Source of the DNA: Bacteroidaceae bacterium
GTDB taxonomy: Bacteria; Bacteroidota; Bacteroidia; Bacteroidales; Bacteroidaceae
Direction of reading: 5' to 3'
DNA length: 64,000 nt
NCBI GenBank assembly: GCA_017442185.1
Contig: JAFSAT010000046.1
Coordinates: 9,405-73,404, forward strand
In this document: piece after piece, positions 8,319-17,130 of the stretch
How the letters are laid out: the number at the start of each line of letters is the position of its first letter
How positions within the stretch are numbered: position 1 is the first letter of the stretch
The notes under the pieces: model-generated
The model's database searches: none
What the model saw: only the letters and a program-made list of their open reading frames with translations
What the model was told of the DNA's origin: nothing
Translations under genes and position numbers: made by a program

Positions 8319-10505
8319 TCACACAATAAACAACAGTTCGCGATATTTGGGAAGAGTCCATAGCTCATTGTCTACCATCATCTCGAGGGTATCTATGTGA
8401 GTGCGAATCTCCTCAATCATGGGGGCTACCGTATCATGATAGGCAATTGCTTTTTCGCGCTCTTCTTTTATTCTGTTTGCAACCTTACGCCGCTCGACAA
8501 GCACCTCTACAAGACGCTTAATTTCGGAAACTCTGAAAGCTATCTCTTTTACGGTGGCTATATTCTCGACCGAGAGTGCATCCCCCTGCTCTTTGCCCAA
8601 GACTGTCTCCATCTTAATTATATTGTCGAGCAGAGAGCTTTGATATTTTGTGGCTGTGGGTATGATGTGGTTAAGAGCAAGATCGCCTATCACTCTACCC
8701 TCAATCTGTATTTTTTTCGTATACATCTCCCACTTTATTTCGTTTCGGGCACGAAGCTCTGTCTCGGTCATCACATCCATTTTTGCGAACATGCGAACAC
8801 TTCCCGGGTCGAGGTAGCGGTCGAACACCAATGGTGCACTTGCTTCGCAGTCTAATCCGCGACGTGCAGCCTCTTCGCGCCACTCTTGTGAGTATCCGTT
8901 ACCGTCGAATCGAATCGGTTTGCTGTATTTTATGTATTTGCGTATGACGGTCACCAAGGCATCCTCTTTCGTCTGCCCCTCTTCAATAAGTGTGTCAACC
9001 TCTTGTTTGAAGATGGTAAGTTGCTCGGCCATTGCTGTGTTCAGGGCAATCATGGCCGAGGCGCAGTTGGCCTCGGCTCCCACTGCACGAAATTCAAAGC
9101 GGTTGCCGGTGAATGCAAAGGGGGAGGTGCGGTTGCGGTCGGTGTTGTCTATCATCAGCTCGGGAATTTGCGGAATGTTCAGACGAAGTTCGCGCTTGCT
9201 GAGGATTCTGACCACATCATCGGTTGTATTTTCAAGGTGGTCGAGCACCGATGAAAGATGCGAACCAAGAAAGCTGGAGATTATGGCAGGAGGGGCCTCG
9301 GCAGCTCCCAAACGGTGGGAATTGGCCGCCGACATTATGCTTGCTTTCAAAAGTCCGTTGTGACGATATATGGCTGCAAGTGTATTTACCACAAATGTTA
9401 TGAAGCGCAGATTGTCTTTATCTGTTTTTCCGGGCGCCATAAGAAGTGTGCCTGTGTCGGTACCAAGCGACCAATTATTGTGTTTACCCGAACCGTTTAC
9501 ACCTTTGAAGGGCTTCTCGTGCAACAGAACGCGGAAGCCGTGACGGCGAGCAACGTCTTTCATTATGGCCATTATGAGCATATTGTGGTCGACGGCAAGG
9601 TTGCACTCTTCATATATAGGTGCAAGTTCAAATTGGTTGGGGGCTGCTTCGTTATGACAAGTTTTGGCGGGAATACCCATCTTCATGGCCTCAATTTCGA
9701 GGTCGCGCATGAAAGCCGACACACGTTCGGGTATGGAGCCGAAATAGTGGTCTTCGAGCTGTTGGTTTTTTGCGCTGTCGTGCCCCATTAGCGTACGACC
9801 CGTTAAAAGGAGGTCGGGACGAGCAAGCAGCATACCCTCGTCGACAAGAAAATACTCTTGCTCCCATCCAAGATATGTGGTAACCTTCTTTACATTCTTA
9901 TCAAAATATCTGCAAACATCGGTAGCTGCTTTGTCTATTGCTCTGAGCGACTTTAGGAGCGGTGCTTTATAGTCGAGCGCCTCGCCTGTATATGATATAA
10001 ATACGGTGGGAATACAAAGAGTATCGTCCATGAGAAATGCCGGAGAGGTTGGATCCCATGCACTGTATCCGCGTGCTTCAAAAGTGCTTCTTATTCCTCC
10101 GTTGGGAAACGATGATGCGTCGGGTTCTTGCTGCATGAGCAATTTTCCCGAAAATTCTTCAATTACTCCACCTTTTCCATCATGTTCTATAAAGGCATCA
10201 TGCTTCTCGGCTGTTGTCTCGGTGAGCGGATGAAACCAATGTGTATAGTGTGTTGCTCCATTCTCTATTGCCCACATCTTCATGCCATCGGCAACTGCAC
10301 CGGCTATGGATATATCCATTGGCGCACCGTTGTCAATCACATCTACTAATTTTGCATACACCTCGCCCGGAAGATATTTAAACATCTTTTCTCTGTTAAA
10401 CACTTTTGTGGCATAGTATTTAGAGGGGCGTTCTGTTGCCGCCGGAACATTTACGGCTTTTTTACCGAATGCAGCCGTTATTACTTCAAATCTGAGTTTA
10501 GACAT
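8319..10505 (-). CDS. glnN: Glutamine synthetase type III
   Basis: 728 aa, the length characteristic of GSIII. The central GS catalytic domain is recognisable (NEAAPNQFELAP, GSGKHNNWS). Confidence 0.94.
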   Translation of the reverse strand: MSKLRFEVITAAFGKKAVNVPAATERPSKYYATKVFNREKMFKYLPGEVYAKLVDVIDNGAPMDISIAGAVADGMKMWAIENGATHYTHWFHPLTETTAEKHDAFIEHDGKGGVIEEFSGKLLMQQEPDASSFPNGGIRSTFEARGYSAWDPTSPAFLMDDTLCIPTVFISYTGEALDYKAPLLKSLRAIDKAATDVCRYFDKNVKKVTTYLGWEQEYFLVDEGMLLARPDLLLTGRTLMGHDSAKNQQLEDHYFGSIPERVSAFMRDLEIEAMKMGIPAKTCHNEAAPNQFELAPIYEECNLAVDHNMLIMAIMKDVARRHGFRVLLHEKPFKGVNGSGKHNNWSLGTDTGTLLMAPGKTDKDNLRFITFVVNTLAAIYRHNGLLKASIMSAANSHRLGAAEAPPAIISSFLGSHLSSVLDHLENTTDDVVRILSKRELRLNIPQIPELMIDNTDRNRTSPFAFTGNRFEFRAVGAEANCASAMIALNTAMAEQLTIFKQEVDTLIEEGQTKEDALVTVIRKYIKYSKPIRFDGNGYSQEWREEAARRGLDCEASAPLVFDRYLDPGSVRMFAKMDVMTETELRARNEIKWEMYTKKIQIEGRVIGDLALNHIIPTATKYQSSLLDNIIKMETVLGKEQGDALSVENIATVKEIAFRVSEIKRLVEVLVERRKVANRIKEEREKAIAYHDTVAPMIEEIRTHIDTLEMMVDNELWTLPKYRELLFIV

Positions 10506-10842
10506 GTTTTATTTATGGTAGTATGTTTATGATGCTTTACAAATAGCAAAAAGCAAGCACTTCTCCGTTTTTCACTATTTTTTTTCAAACGCATACAAAT
10601 ATACACACTGCTTGTTATATAACAAAGCAAAATCTGTTTTTTCCCTCATAAAATAGAAGAATCATCAATAACAATGGTTCTTTTTCAAAAAAAGGGAGGC
10701 CTTTTAATGATAATTCGGCTTAGAACAGTGGTAAAAATGAGAAACCGCCTGCACCCGATTATAAAAAGATGCTATTCCGACTTTAAGCGCCGGAATAGCA
10801 TTTTGTCAATTTTGAGATTATATCGAGCGGTTCTTATCCGGT

Positions 10843-12990
10843 TTATGCCGGCAGATTTTTTAACACATCGGGAATAAGCCTTATGAATCCTTCGTCATAT
10901 TCCACAACAACAGGGTCAACCTCGGCAAGTCGCTCATAGGAACAGATATCAAGATGCGCCATGCAATCGCCCTTTAGCATATCCTTGTCGAGACTGCCAT
11001 CGAGCACCGATTTTTGTTCATCCTCTGTAAGTATCCTGAAACGCATCAGCAACTGCTCCATACTCCATCTCGTATGCTCGGTTTTTGCAAGGATAGCTAT
11101 ATCCTGCTCTGATATTGTATTATTCTTATAATAGTGCACACTGCGCATTTTGCCCCACACCGAATTTGCATTATACATACAGCTCCACATTTTTGCAGCC
11201 CTTGATTTTCCTCTTGTATTTTTTCTGCTGGTTTCTCGAATATTATTTTCGGCATTAACCCTTTGATACATTTCGTAATAATGATTGTCGAAAATAGAAG
11301 AAATTTCATGTGCAGTCATTTGCATATAATCATCGTATGCGTCGGTGAGCATTCCAAATGCCTTCAACTGTTTATAATAGAGGTTTACCTTATTATCGAG
11401 CGAAATACTGTTTATGACAGATGCATTATGACGCTGATATACCAACACTTGCACTGCTTTTTGATAAACCTCGTCAGGCAGATATAGAGCTGATGCCACA
11501 GCTTTGTTATCATCGGGAATACACAGGGCGAGTGTAAAGCGTGTGCTGCAATCGTTGGCTGCATCCCTCAAATAGGCATGCACCTGAGGTGTCTCTATTC
11601 CACCCTGAATAAATTCCCATTCGATGTCTATAAAATCGTCGCCAAGATAGCTGTTCTTTTCAAAAAAGTCGGTATTCTCCCATGATGAATAGTCTTTGGA
11701 ATCGGCATACAATGTATTATCGTCCTCTTTTACCACCACTTTTCTAAATCTCGACAATGAAAATAGTTCCTTGAAACGTCCTTTGAAATAACCCATTTGA
11801 GTTATGCAATCGTTATCTATGAAAGTGATGCGTGTCTTCAGTCTGCTGTCGGCATTAAAATTGGGATAGTGAGCCAGATGTGCTGCCTCTACGGCCAATG
11901 CCACTCCCATATTGGACATTCCCACAACCACAAGATGCACCGTATCTTTTGAATCGAACGTAATAGGCTTTTCTCCTTCGAGAGGGAGGTATTCATTAAG
12001 ATCCTCTTTCACAAAATGAAGTTTCCTGTTAACGAAAAGACGCTGGGCCCACATCTCATAATAGTTAAACGGGCGAAAATCAATAATATCGCGCACATTA
12101 TCGCTAATGTCGGCAAATTGGAATATCGAGAATGTTGTTTGGTATTCAAACATAACCCTGCACAGCAATTTGCCCGATGGGCGCCCTGTCTCTTTAAGCA
12201 AAAGAGCTATGATGCGCACACAATCGAGACATAGAGCATCATGATTGATTGCACTTTCGCCATCTTCGATGCTGTTTCCGAGAATAAAGACCTCGCGTGC
12301 ATACTCGGTGTGCAAATCCCTTACGTCATCCTTTGACGTCATCTCTCCCGAATATATAATGACACGCTTTTCATCCTCGGATTTAAGAAAAGAGACAAGT
12401 CTCTTCCTCAATCCGGGCACATCCCTGTTTGTCTGCACAACCACATGCTGCAATCCGCGTCTTCTTTCAAACAGTTGAGCTATTATACTCGGAACCATCT
12501 CATTATCACCTACAATCACCACAAAATTGCCTCTTTTGAGCACACGATTGTATCTTGTCAGTCCATTTTCCCATCTGCTCACCAATCTGTCGTACCATCC
12601 TACGAACAACGATATAAGCAATCCGTTGAAGAATACACTTCCAAAGATTGCCAACAGACAAGAACATGCCCTGAACCATCCGTCTGCCGCCATATGCTGA
12701 TTACCGGGGTCGATACAATGATAAATCAACGTCCACACCAAATTCGGCTCATCGAGCGCCCTCTCCGAGATAAAATCCTCGCCCCTGATATTAAACAAAT
12801 AAAAAGCTCCCGACAAAGTAAGTGGCACTATAAACACAAAGAGCATAAGGAAAAAGAAAGAGAGACACTTACCCTGTGCCAACATTCTGTCGACAAACAC
12901 GTTTCTACCTATAAAGCAATATATAAGGCTCAATATAATCAGCACACCCAATGCTGTTAAAAATCCTACAAAAACACCCATAGCACACAA
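10843..12990 (-). CDS. Ion-channel-like membrane protein: 3 TM helices plus a re-entrant pore loop (degenerate filter IDPGNQH), two RCK/TrkA-N-like domains and a C-terminal RyR-like domain
   Basis: 715-aa ORF. TM helices lie at about aa 5-27, 42-66 and 107-132, with LVWTLIYHCIDPGNQH between the last two. Rossmann-like starts are NFVVIVGDNEMV (aa 155) and HLVVVGMSNMGVALA. The C-terminus TEHTRWSMEQLLMRF...HLDICSYERL...EYDEGFIRLIPDVL follows the RyR-domain pattern. The gene call is solid; the function is inferred. Confidence 0.8.
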   Translation of the reverse strand: MCAMGVFVGFLTALGVLIILSLIYCFIGRNVFVDRMLAQGKCLSFFFLMLFVFIVPLTLSGAFYLFNIRGEDFISERALDEPNLVWTLIYHCIDPGNQHMAADGWFRACSCLLAIFGSVFFNGLLISLFVGWYDRLVSRWENGLTRYNRVLKRGNFVVIVGDNEMVPSIIAQLFERRRGLQHVVVQTNRDVPGLRKRLVSFLKSEDEKRVIIYSGEMTSKDDVRDLHTEYAREVFILGNSIEDGESAINHDALCLDCVRIIALLLKETGRPSGKLLCRVMFEYQTTFSIFQFADISDNVRDIIDFRPFNYYEMWAQRLFVNRKLHFVKEDLNEYLPLEGEKPITFDSKDTVHLVVVGMSNMGVALAVEAAHLAHYPNFNADSRLKTRITFIDNDCITQMGYFKGRFKELFSLSRFRKVVVKEDDNTLYADSKDYSSWENTDFFEKNSYLGDDFIDIEWEFIQGGIETPQVHAYLRDAANDCSTRFTLALCIPDDNKAVASALYLPDEVYQKAVQVLVYQRHNASVINSISLDNKVNLYYKQLKAFGMLTDAYDDYMQMTAHEISSIFDNHYYEMYQRVNAENNIRETSRKNTRGKSRAAKMWSCMYNANSVWGKMRSVHYYKNNTISEQDIAILAKTEHTRWSMEQLLMRFRILTEDEQKSVLDGSLDKDMLKGDCMAHLDICSYERLAEVDPVVVEYDEGFIRLIPDVLKNLPA

Positions 12991-13228
12991 TTATCTTACA
13001 ATTACAAAAAAATGACTAAATAAGAGAAAATCCATCCACATTCATAATTCCCCGCAAATCACAATTCCCGACAGATGCACCTTGCAAAGTTAACATTCTT
13101 TTTCAATTGAAAAACAGTTTAACATCTTAAATCAACGTTTACATAATAGATTCATCAATTGAAATGAATTAAATCAACTTACGAATAAAAAAAATCAAAA
13201 AAAATGTTTAACTAATTATATAAAGAAG

Positions 13229-13236
13229 TAACTTTG
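13229..13236 (+). promoter_or_regulatory. -7 box (TAACTTTG) for nagA
   Basis: Exact TAnnTTTG match 48 nt upstream of the nagA ATG, in an AT-rich intergenic region. Confidence 0.4.
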
Positions 13237-13283
13237 TATGTCTAAAAAATCCGAAATTATTAACCTAACTAATATTTCACACA

Positions 13284-14447
13284 ATGCTGACACAAATCAT
13301 AAACGCGAAAATCCTAACCCCGCAAGGATGGTTAAAGGATGGTTCAGTAATTATCAGAGACAACAAGATTCTTGAGGTTACAAATTGCGATCTTGCAGTT
13401 ATAGGAGCCGAGGTGGTAGATGCCAAAGGAATGTGCGTAGTTCCCGGTGGTGTAGAGATACACGTTCACGGCGGAGGCGGCCGCGACTTCATGGAAGGCG
13501 ACGAAGAAGCATTCCGCGTAGCAATTGCCGCACACATGAAGCATGGTACAACAAGTATTTTCCCCACCCTCTCATCATCAACAGTTCCCATGATTGAGGC
13601 CGCAGCCGAAGTGTGCACCAAGCTGATGAAAGAGCCCGACAGCCCCGTCCTTGGTCTGCACCTCGAAGACCACTACCTTAACATGAAGATGGCCGGCGGT
13701 CAGATACCGGAAAACATAAAAGACCCCGACCCGGCAGAATACATTCCACTTGTAGAGAAATGGAACTGCATCAAGCGTTGGGATGCAGCTCCCGAGCTTC
13801 CCGGTGCAATGCAATTCGGAAAATACATAACCTCAAAAGGCATCCTTGCATCAGTGGCACATACACAAGCCGAATACGAAGATATTCACACTGCACATGA
13901 GAATGGCTACACACATGCCACACACTTTTACAATGCAATGCCCGGATTCCACAAGCGTCGCGAATATAAGTATGAAGGAACAGTTGAAAGCATTTACCTG
14001 CACGACGACATGACAGTAGAGGTTGTTGCCGACGGCATACACGTCCCCCCCACCATACTCCGACTGATACATAAGATAAAAGGAGTGGAGCGTGCCTGTG
14101 TTATAACCGATGCTCTGGCATGTGCAGCCAGCGACAGCAACACCGCATTTGACCCCCGCGTTATAATAGAAGACGGAGTGTGCAAGCTCGCCGACCGTTC
14201 GGCACTTGCAGGCAGCGTTGCCACAATGGATCGCCTAATCCGCACACTTGTTCACAAGGCCGAAATACCATTGGAAGATGCAGTGCGCATGGCATCAGAA
14301 ACACCTGCAAAGATTATGAACGTATACGACCGCAAGGGTTCGTTGCAGAAAGACAAAGACGCCGATATTATTATTCTTGATGAGAAACTTAACATACGCG
14401 GCGTGTGGGCAATGGGTAAGATAGTAGAAGGCACATTCAACATCTGA
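13284..14447 (+). CDS. nagA: N-acetylglucosamine-6-phosphate deacetylase
   Basis: 387 aa. Amidohydrolase metal motif EIHVHGGGG, plus HTQAEY, ATHFYNAM and ITDAL blocks typical of NagA. Confidence 0.9.
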   Translation: MLTQIINAKILTPQGWLKDGSVIIRDNKILEVTNCDLAVIGAEVVDAKGMCVVPGGVEIHVHGGGGRDFMEGDEEAFRVAIAAHMKHGTTSIFPTLSSSTVPMIEAAAEVCTKLMKEPDSPVLGLHLEDHYLNMKMAGGQIPENIKDPDPAEYIPLVEKWNCIKRWDAAPELPGAMQFGKYITSKGILASVAHTQAEYEDIHTAHENGYTHATHFYNAMPGFHKRREYKYEGTVESIYLHDDMTVEVVADGIHVPPTILRLIHKIKGVERACVITDALACAASDSNTAFDPRVIIEDGVCKLADRSALAGSVATMDRLIRTLVHKAEIPLEDAVRMASETPAKIMNVYDRKGSLQKDKDADIIILDEKLNIRGVWAMGKIVEGTFNI

Positions 14448-14550
14448 TACATACCTTTTGCATTATATTCAACGGCAAGCATCATACAGAAAATCAAAGA
14501 TGCTTGCCGTTGTTTTGTACCTTACACAGATGCGGAACCACATAGATGGG

Positions 14551-15192
14551 TCAAAGCCTCTCTATTCTGTTTACCACATGGAACACAGCGCATATATCCT
14601 TCTTATTTATCGTAAACGAAGGATAATTCGGCGAAACACACCACAAAAGCTCACTATTCTCTTTATCGGGGTAACAACGCTTTATCATCCTCGACTCAGT
14701 TGTGACAATCATATAAATTTTATCAGGGTCAATCTCGCGCAACGACTCCACCCTGTTCACTCCTATTATATCACCCGAATATATTTCAGGCTCCATAGAT
14801 GTTCCCGACACAGGAAAATAGAATTGCGCATACCACTGCGGCATCGAAATATATCCTGTGGGAACCTCTGCCGAGTGATCAAGAGCATCCTTTCTTCCGG
14901 CCGACACAGGCAGGTCGCTGTAAAATGGAGAACACTGCCTGCTGTCAAACATCTGCGCACTCTCAAACATAGAGCCAACCCCCATGAGAAGCCACGCCGA
15001 CGAAACCTCCGGGAAATTATTCAACAGTGAGCGCACCAATTCCACTCCCACCTTTCCATCCTCGTTCACCTGCCTGTTCAACGTTCTTTGCGGAATGCCC
15101 AGGATACGGCTGGCACTGTTAACATTGAGCCTGTTATGCTCAAAGAGAGCCAATATTCGTTTTTTTAAGTCATTATTCACGGTCTCTTTCAT
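14551..15192 (-). CDS. LexA/CI-like transcriptional repressor (N-terminal HTH + S24 peptidase domain)
   Basis: 213 aa. HTH region NVNSASRILGIPQRTLNRQV. S24 Ser/Lys dyad context VSGTSMEPEIYSGDIIGV ... RMIKRC. Confidence 0.85.
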   Translation of the reverse strand: MKETVNNDLKKRILALFEHNRLNVNSASRILGIPQRTLNRQVNEDGKVGVELVRSLLNNFPEVSSAWLLMGVGSMFESAQMFDSRQCSPFYSDLPVSAGRKDALDHSAEVPTGYISMPQWYAQFYFPVSGTSMEPEIYSGDIIGVNRVESLREIDPDKIYMIVTTESRMIKRCYPDKENSELLWCVSPNYPSFTINKKDICAVFHVVNRIERL

Positions 15193-15307
15193 AATACCAT
15201 TCTGTTTTACAGCTTCTTAAACAAAAATTAATTCATTCTCTTATGTAGAATCAATCTAAATAGTCAAATTTTACCACTATCGCGAATCAATTTAACCTTT
15301 TTGAGAT

Positions 15308-15315
15308 TATATTTG
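15308..15315 (+). promoter_or_regulatory. -7 box (TATATTTG) facing the 15455 cassette
   Basis: Exact TAnnTTTG in the divergent intergenic region. It lies 140 nt upstream of the 15455 ATG, so the spacing is long. Confidence 0.3.
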
Positions 15316-15454
15316 TAGCCATAAACGGCTAATCGCGCACAATTAATGCTATTTTCGCAAACAAACAAGCAATAAACGTCTTATATATGACATTTATGGC
15401 AAACATACGATAATTCCATTAAAGTGAAAAGAAATAACATAAAAAGTTTCTATT

Positions 15455-15838
15455 ATGAAAAAACAGAATGGCAACAATAGAACATTCTTCTGCGAATGTT
15501 TCTTTGAGAAGTGCATGGAGTGGATAGATTTTCTTCGTTACGGAGTAATAAAACGCGACGAATGGATTAGCAATCTCTCGGAACACTACTGCATCTATAA
15601 GGAGTATATGGAGAAGGATTTTGTTAAGGATTTCCTGAATGAACGAAAAAGAATACTCACGAATAACAGATACAAAATGTATATAAAGGCGATAGACGAA
15701 AAAGGTGACAAGAACATAATCGGGAAGGTTATGCTCTACAGCAAAGATAAATTCATACACCAGGCAACGCTTAAAATAAAAGACAATGAAGATAGCACAC
15801 CCGGCAATCTTATATTCTGGTCATTTGAAAAAGAGTAA
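15455..15838 (+). CDS. Hypothetical protein (127 aa), no recognisable domain
   Basis: ATG ORF divergent from the S24 repressor. It is visibly more AT-rich than the flanking genes and is followed 23 nt later by a second small ORF and then a strong terminator. Confidence 0.5.
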   Translation: MKKQNGNNRTFFCECFFEKCMEWIDFLRYGVIKRDEWISNLSEHYCIYKEYMEKDFVKDFLNERKRILTNNRYKMYIKAIDEKGDKNIIGKVMLYSKDKFIHQATLKIKDNEDSTPGNLIFWSFEKE

Positions 15839-15861
15839 TAACAACAAAAAACAGATACTGC

Positions 15862-16071
15862 ATGATGAAAGCAAACACTTTAATGACAATACAACTAATC
15901 AGCCTGTTGCTGCTTATTGGTTCGGCAAATTCGTTTGGGGATGAGATATTCGCCTCGTTGATATTCTGTTCATCGTTCCTATCATTTGCCTGTTGCAGCT
16001 CTTATATAAACAGGCACAAGAGACGTCTGCTGCGCGAGCTCGACAATCGGCACAGAAAGAGTGTGGCATGA
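15862..16071 (+). CDS. Hypothetical small membrane protein (69 aa; two hydrophobic segments and a basic tail)
   Basis: MMKANTLMTIQLISLLLLIGSANSF...IFASLIFCSSFLSFACCSSY followed by INRHKRRLLRELDNRHRKSVA. It is co-oriented with, and close to, the 15455 ORF. Confidence 0.4.
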   Translation: MMKANTLMTIQLISLLLLIGSANSFGDEIFASLIFCSSFLSFACCSSYINRHKRRLLRELDNRHRKSVA

Positions 16072-16119
16072 CGAGAATCTTAAGTCTTGTTACTCGGTGT
16101 CTCAATCATTCTAAGAGAA

Positions 16120-16166
16120 ATAGTTTCAGCGTCAAAACCCAGCAGGAGTTTTGACGCTGAAACTAT
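16120..16166. terminator. Bidirectional terminator (perfect 19-bp stem)
   Basis: atagtttcagcgtcaaaac (16120-16138) pairs with gttttgacgctgaaactat (16148-16166) around a 9-nt loop. It sits between convergent genes. Confidence 0.7.
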
Positions 16167-16200
16167 ATTCATCTTCCCGAATGTAATATGTAACAATACG

Positions 16201-16842
16201 TCAATCCAGGAATTTCACTTTTCCCCAATCACGCGGTTTTGCGTCGGGTGTTTCATCGGCATATCCAAAGCCCACGCACAGGCATAGTTCATAGCCTTTG
16301 CTGAATCCTAACTTCTCTATAACAGCTTCGGCTTTTGGGCTGTTGTATACAGCGCGTACCGGACTTCCGAGACAGATGGAGCCAACGCCCAAGGAGGTTG
16401 CAGAGAGCATCATATTCTGTGCAAGCAGACCGCAATCGTAAGCCGAAAAATCGTATGAAAGGTCGCGTGCGATGAACACCATCACAGGTGCTCCGCGAAA
16501 AGAGACTCTTGCTCTTTCGGCCTCTTCCTCGGGCAGTCCGTCGGCCATCATTGCCTTAATCTCTTCCATTGTGGCTGGATTATCAACCACACGCACCTCC
16601 CACGACTGTTTATTCTGTCCGTTGGGAGCATTAATGCCGCAGAGAAGAATTTGCTCCATAATCTTGCGGTCTACCACTGTATCTTTGTACCTGCGTATAC
16701 TGCGACGAGCCATTATATTCTCAATAACAGGATTCGTGTTGCCATCTGCCGATACAGCAACCTCCTGTTCACCACTACTCTGTCCGCATGATACGGCAGC
16801 CATCATGCACAGAGCACCTGCAAAGTTTCTGATAAATCTCAT
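16201..16842 (-). CDS. Nitroreductase family protein with a lipoprotein-type signal peptide
   Basis: 213 aa. The N-terminus MRFIRNFAGALCMMAAVSCGQS has a lipobox-like Cys. The nitroreductase fold starts at NPVIENIMARRSIRRY. Confidence 0.85.
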   Translation of the reverse strand: MRFIRNFAGALCMMAAVSCGQSSGEQEVAVSADGNTNPVIENIMARRSIRRYKDTVVDRKIMEQILLCGINAPNGQNKQSWEVRVVDNPATMEEIKAMMADGLPEEEAERARVSFRGAPVMVFIARDLSYDFSAYDCGLLAQNMMLSATSLGVGSICLGSPVRAVYNSPKAEAVIEKLGFSKGYELCLCVGFGYADETPDAKPRDWGKVKFLD

Positions 16843-16902
16843 AATTCTAATAATTTAAAGTTATATGCTTCCATTACTTATTATAAATATTATATAATAA
16901 GG

Positions 16903-16917
16903 TTTAAACAGTTTCTA
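16903..16917 (-). repeat. Copy D of the motif (minus orientation)
   Basis: The minus strand reads tagaaactgtttaaa, beginning 5 nt after the TAAATTTG -7 box (CTGTTTAAA core 11 nt after it) of the nitroreductase gene. Confidence 0.6.
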
Positions 16918-16922
16918 TGTGC

Positions 16923-16930
16923 CAAATTTA
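16923..16930 (-). promoter_or_regulatory. -7 box (TAAATTTG on the minus strand) for the nitroreductase gene
   Basis: Exact TAnnTTTG about 80 nt upstream of the ATG at 16842. It is immediately followed by a copy of the CTGTTTAAA motif. Confidence 0.4.
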
Positions 16931-17130
16931 CAAAAAAAATCGTACCATCTTCTGTTTATATATGAGTACTTCTTTATCTGTTTTTAGTCAGGACGCTAAA
17001 GATATTCAGAATGTGGAATAATACGACCTTCCGACCAATCTGCATAAGGCGGACAAAAAAAAGAGCATATTGCAGCACTATTTGATGTGCAATATGCTCT
17101 TTTACCTATCCTTAAAAGGGATGAAAAGGG

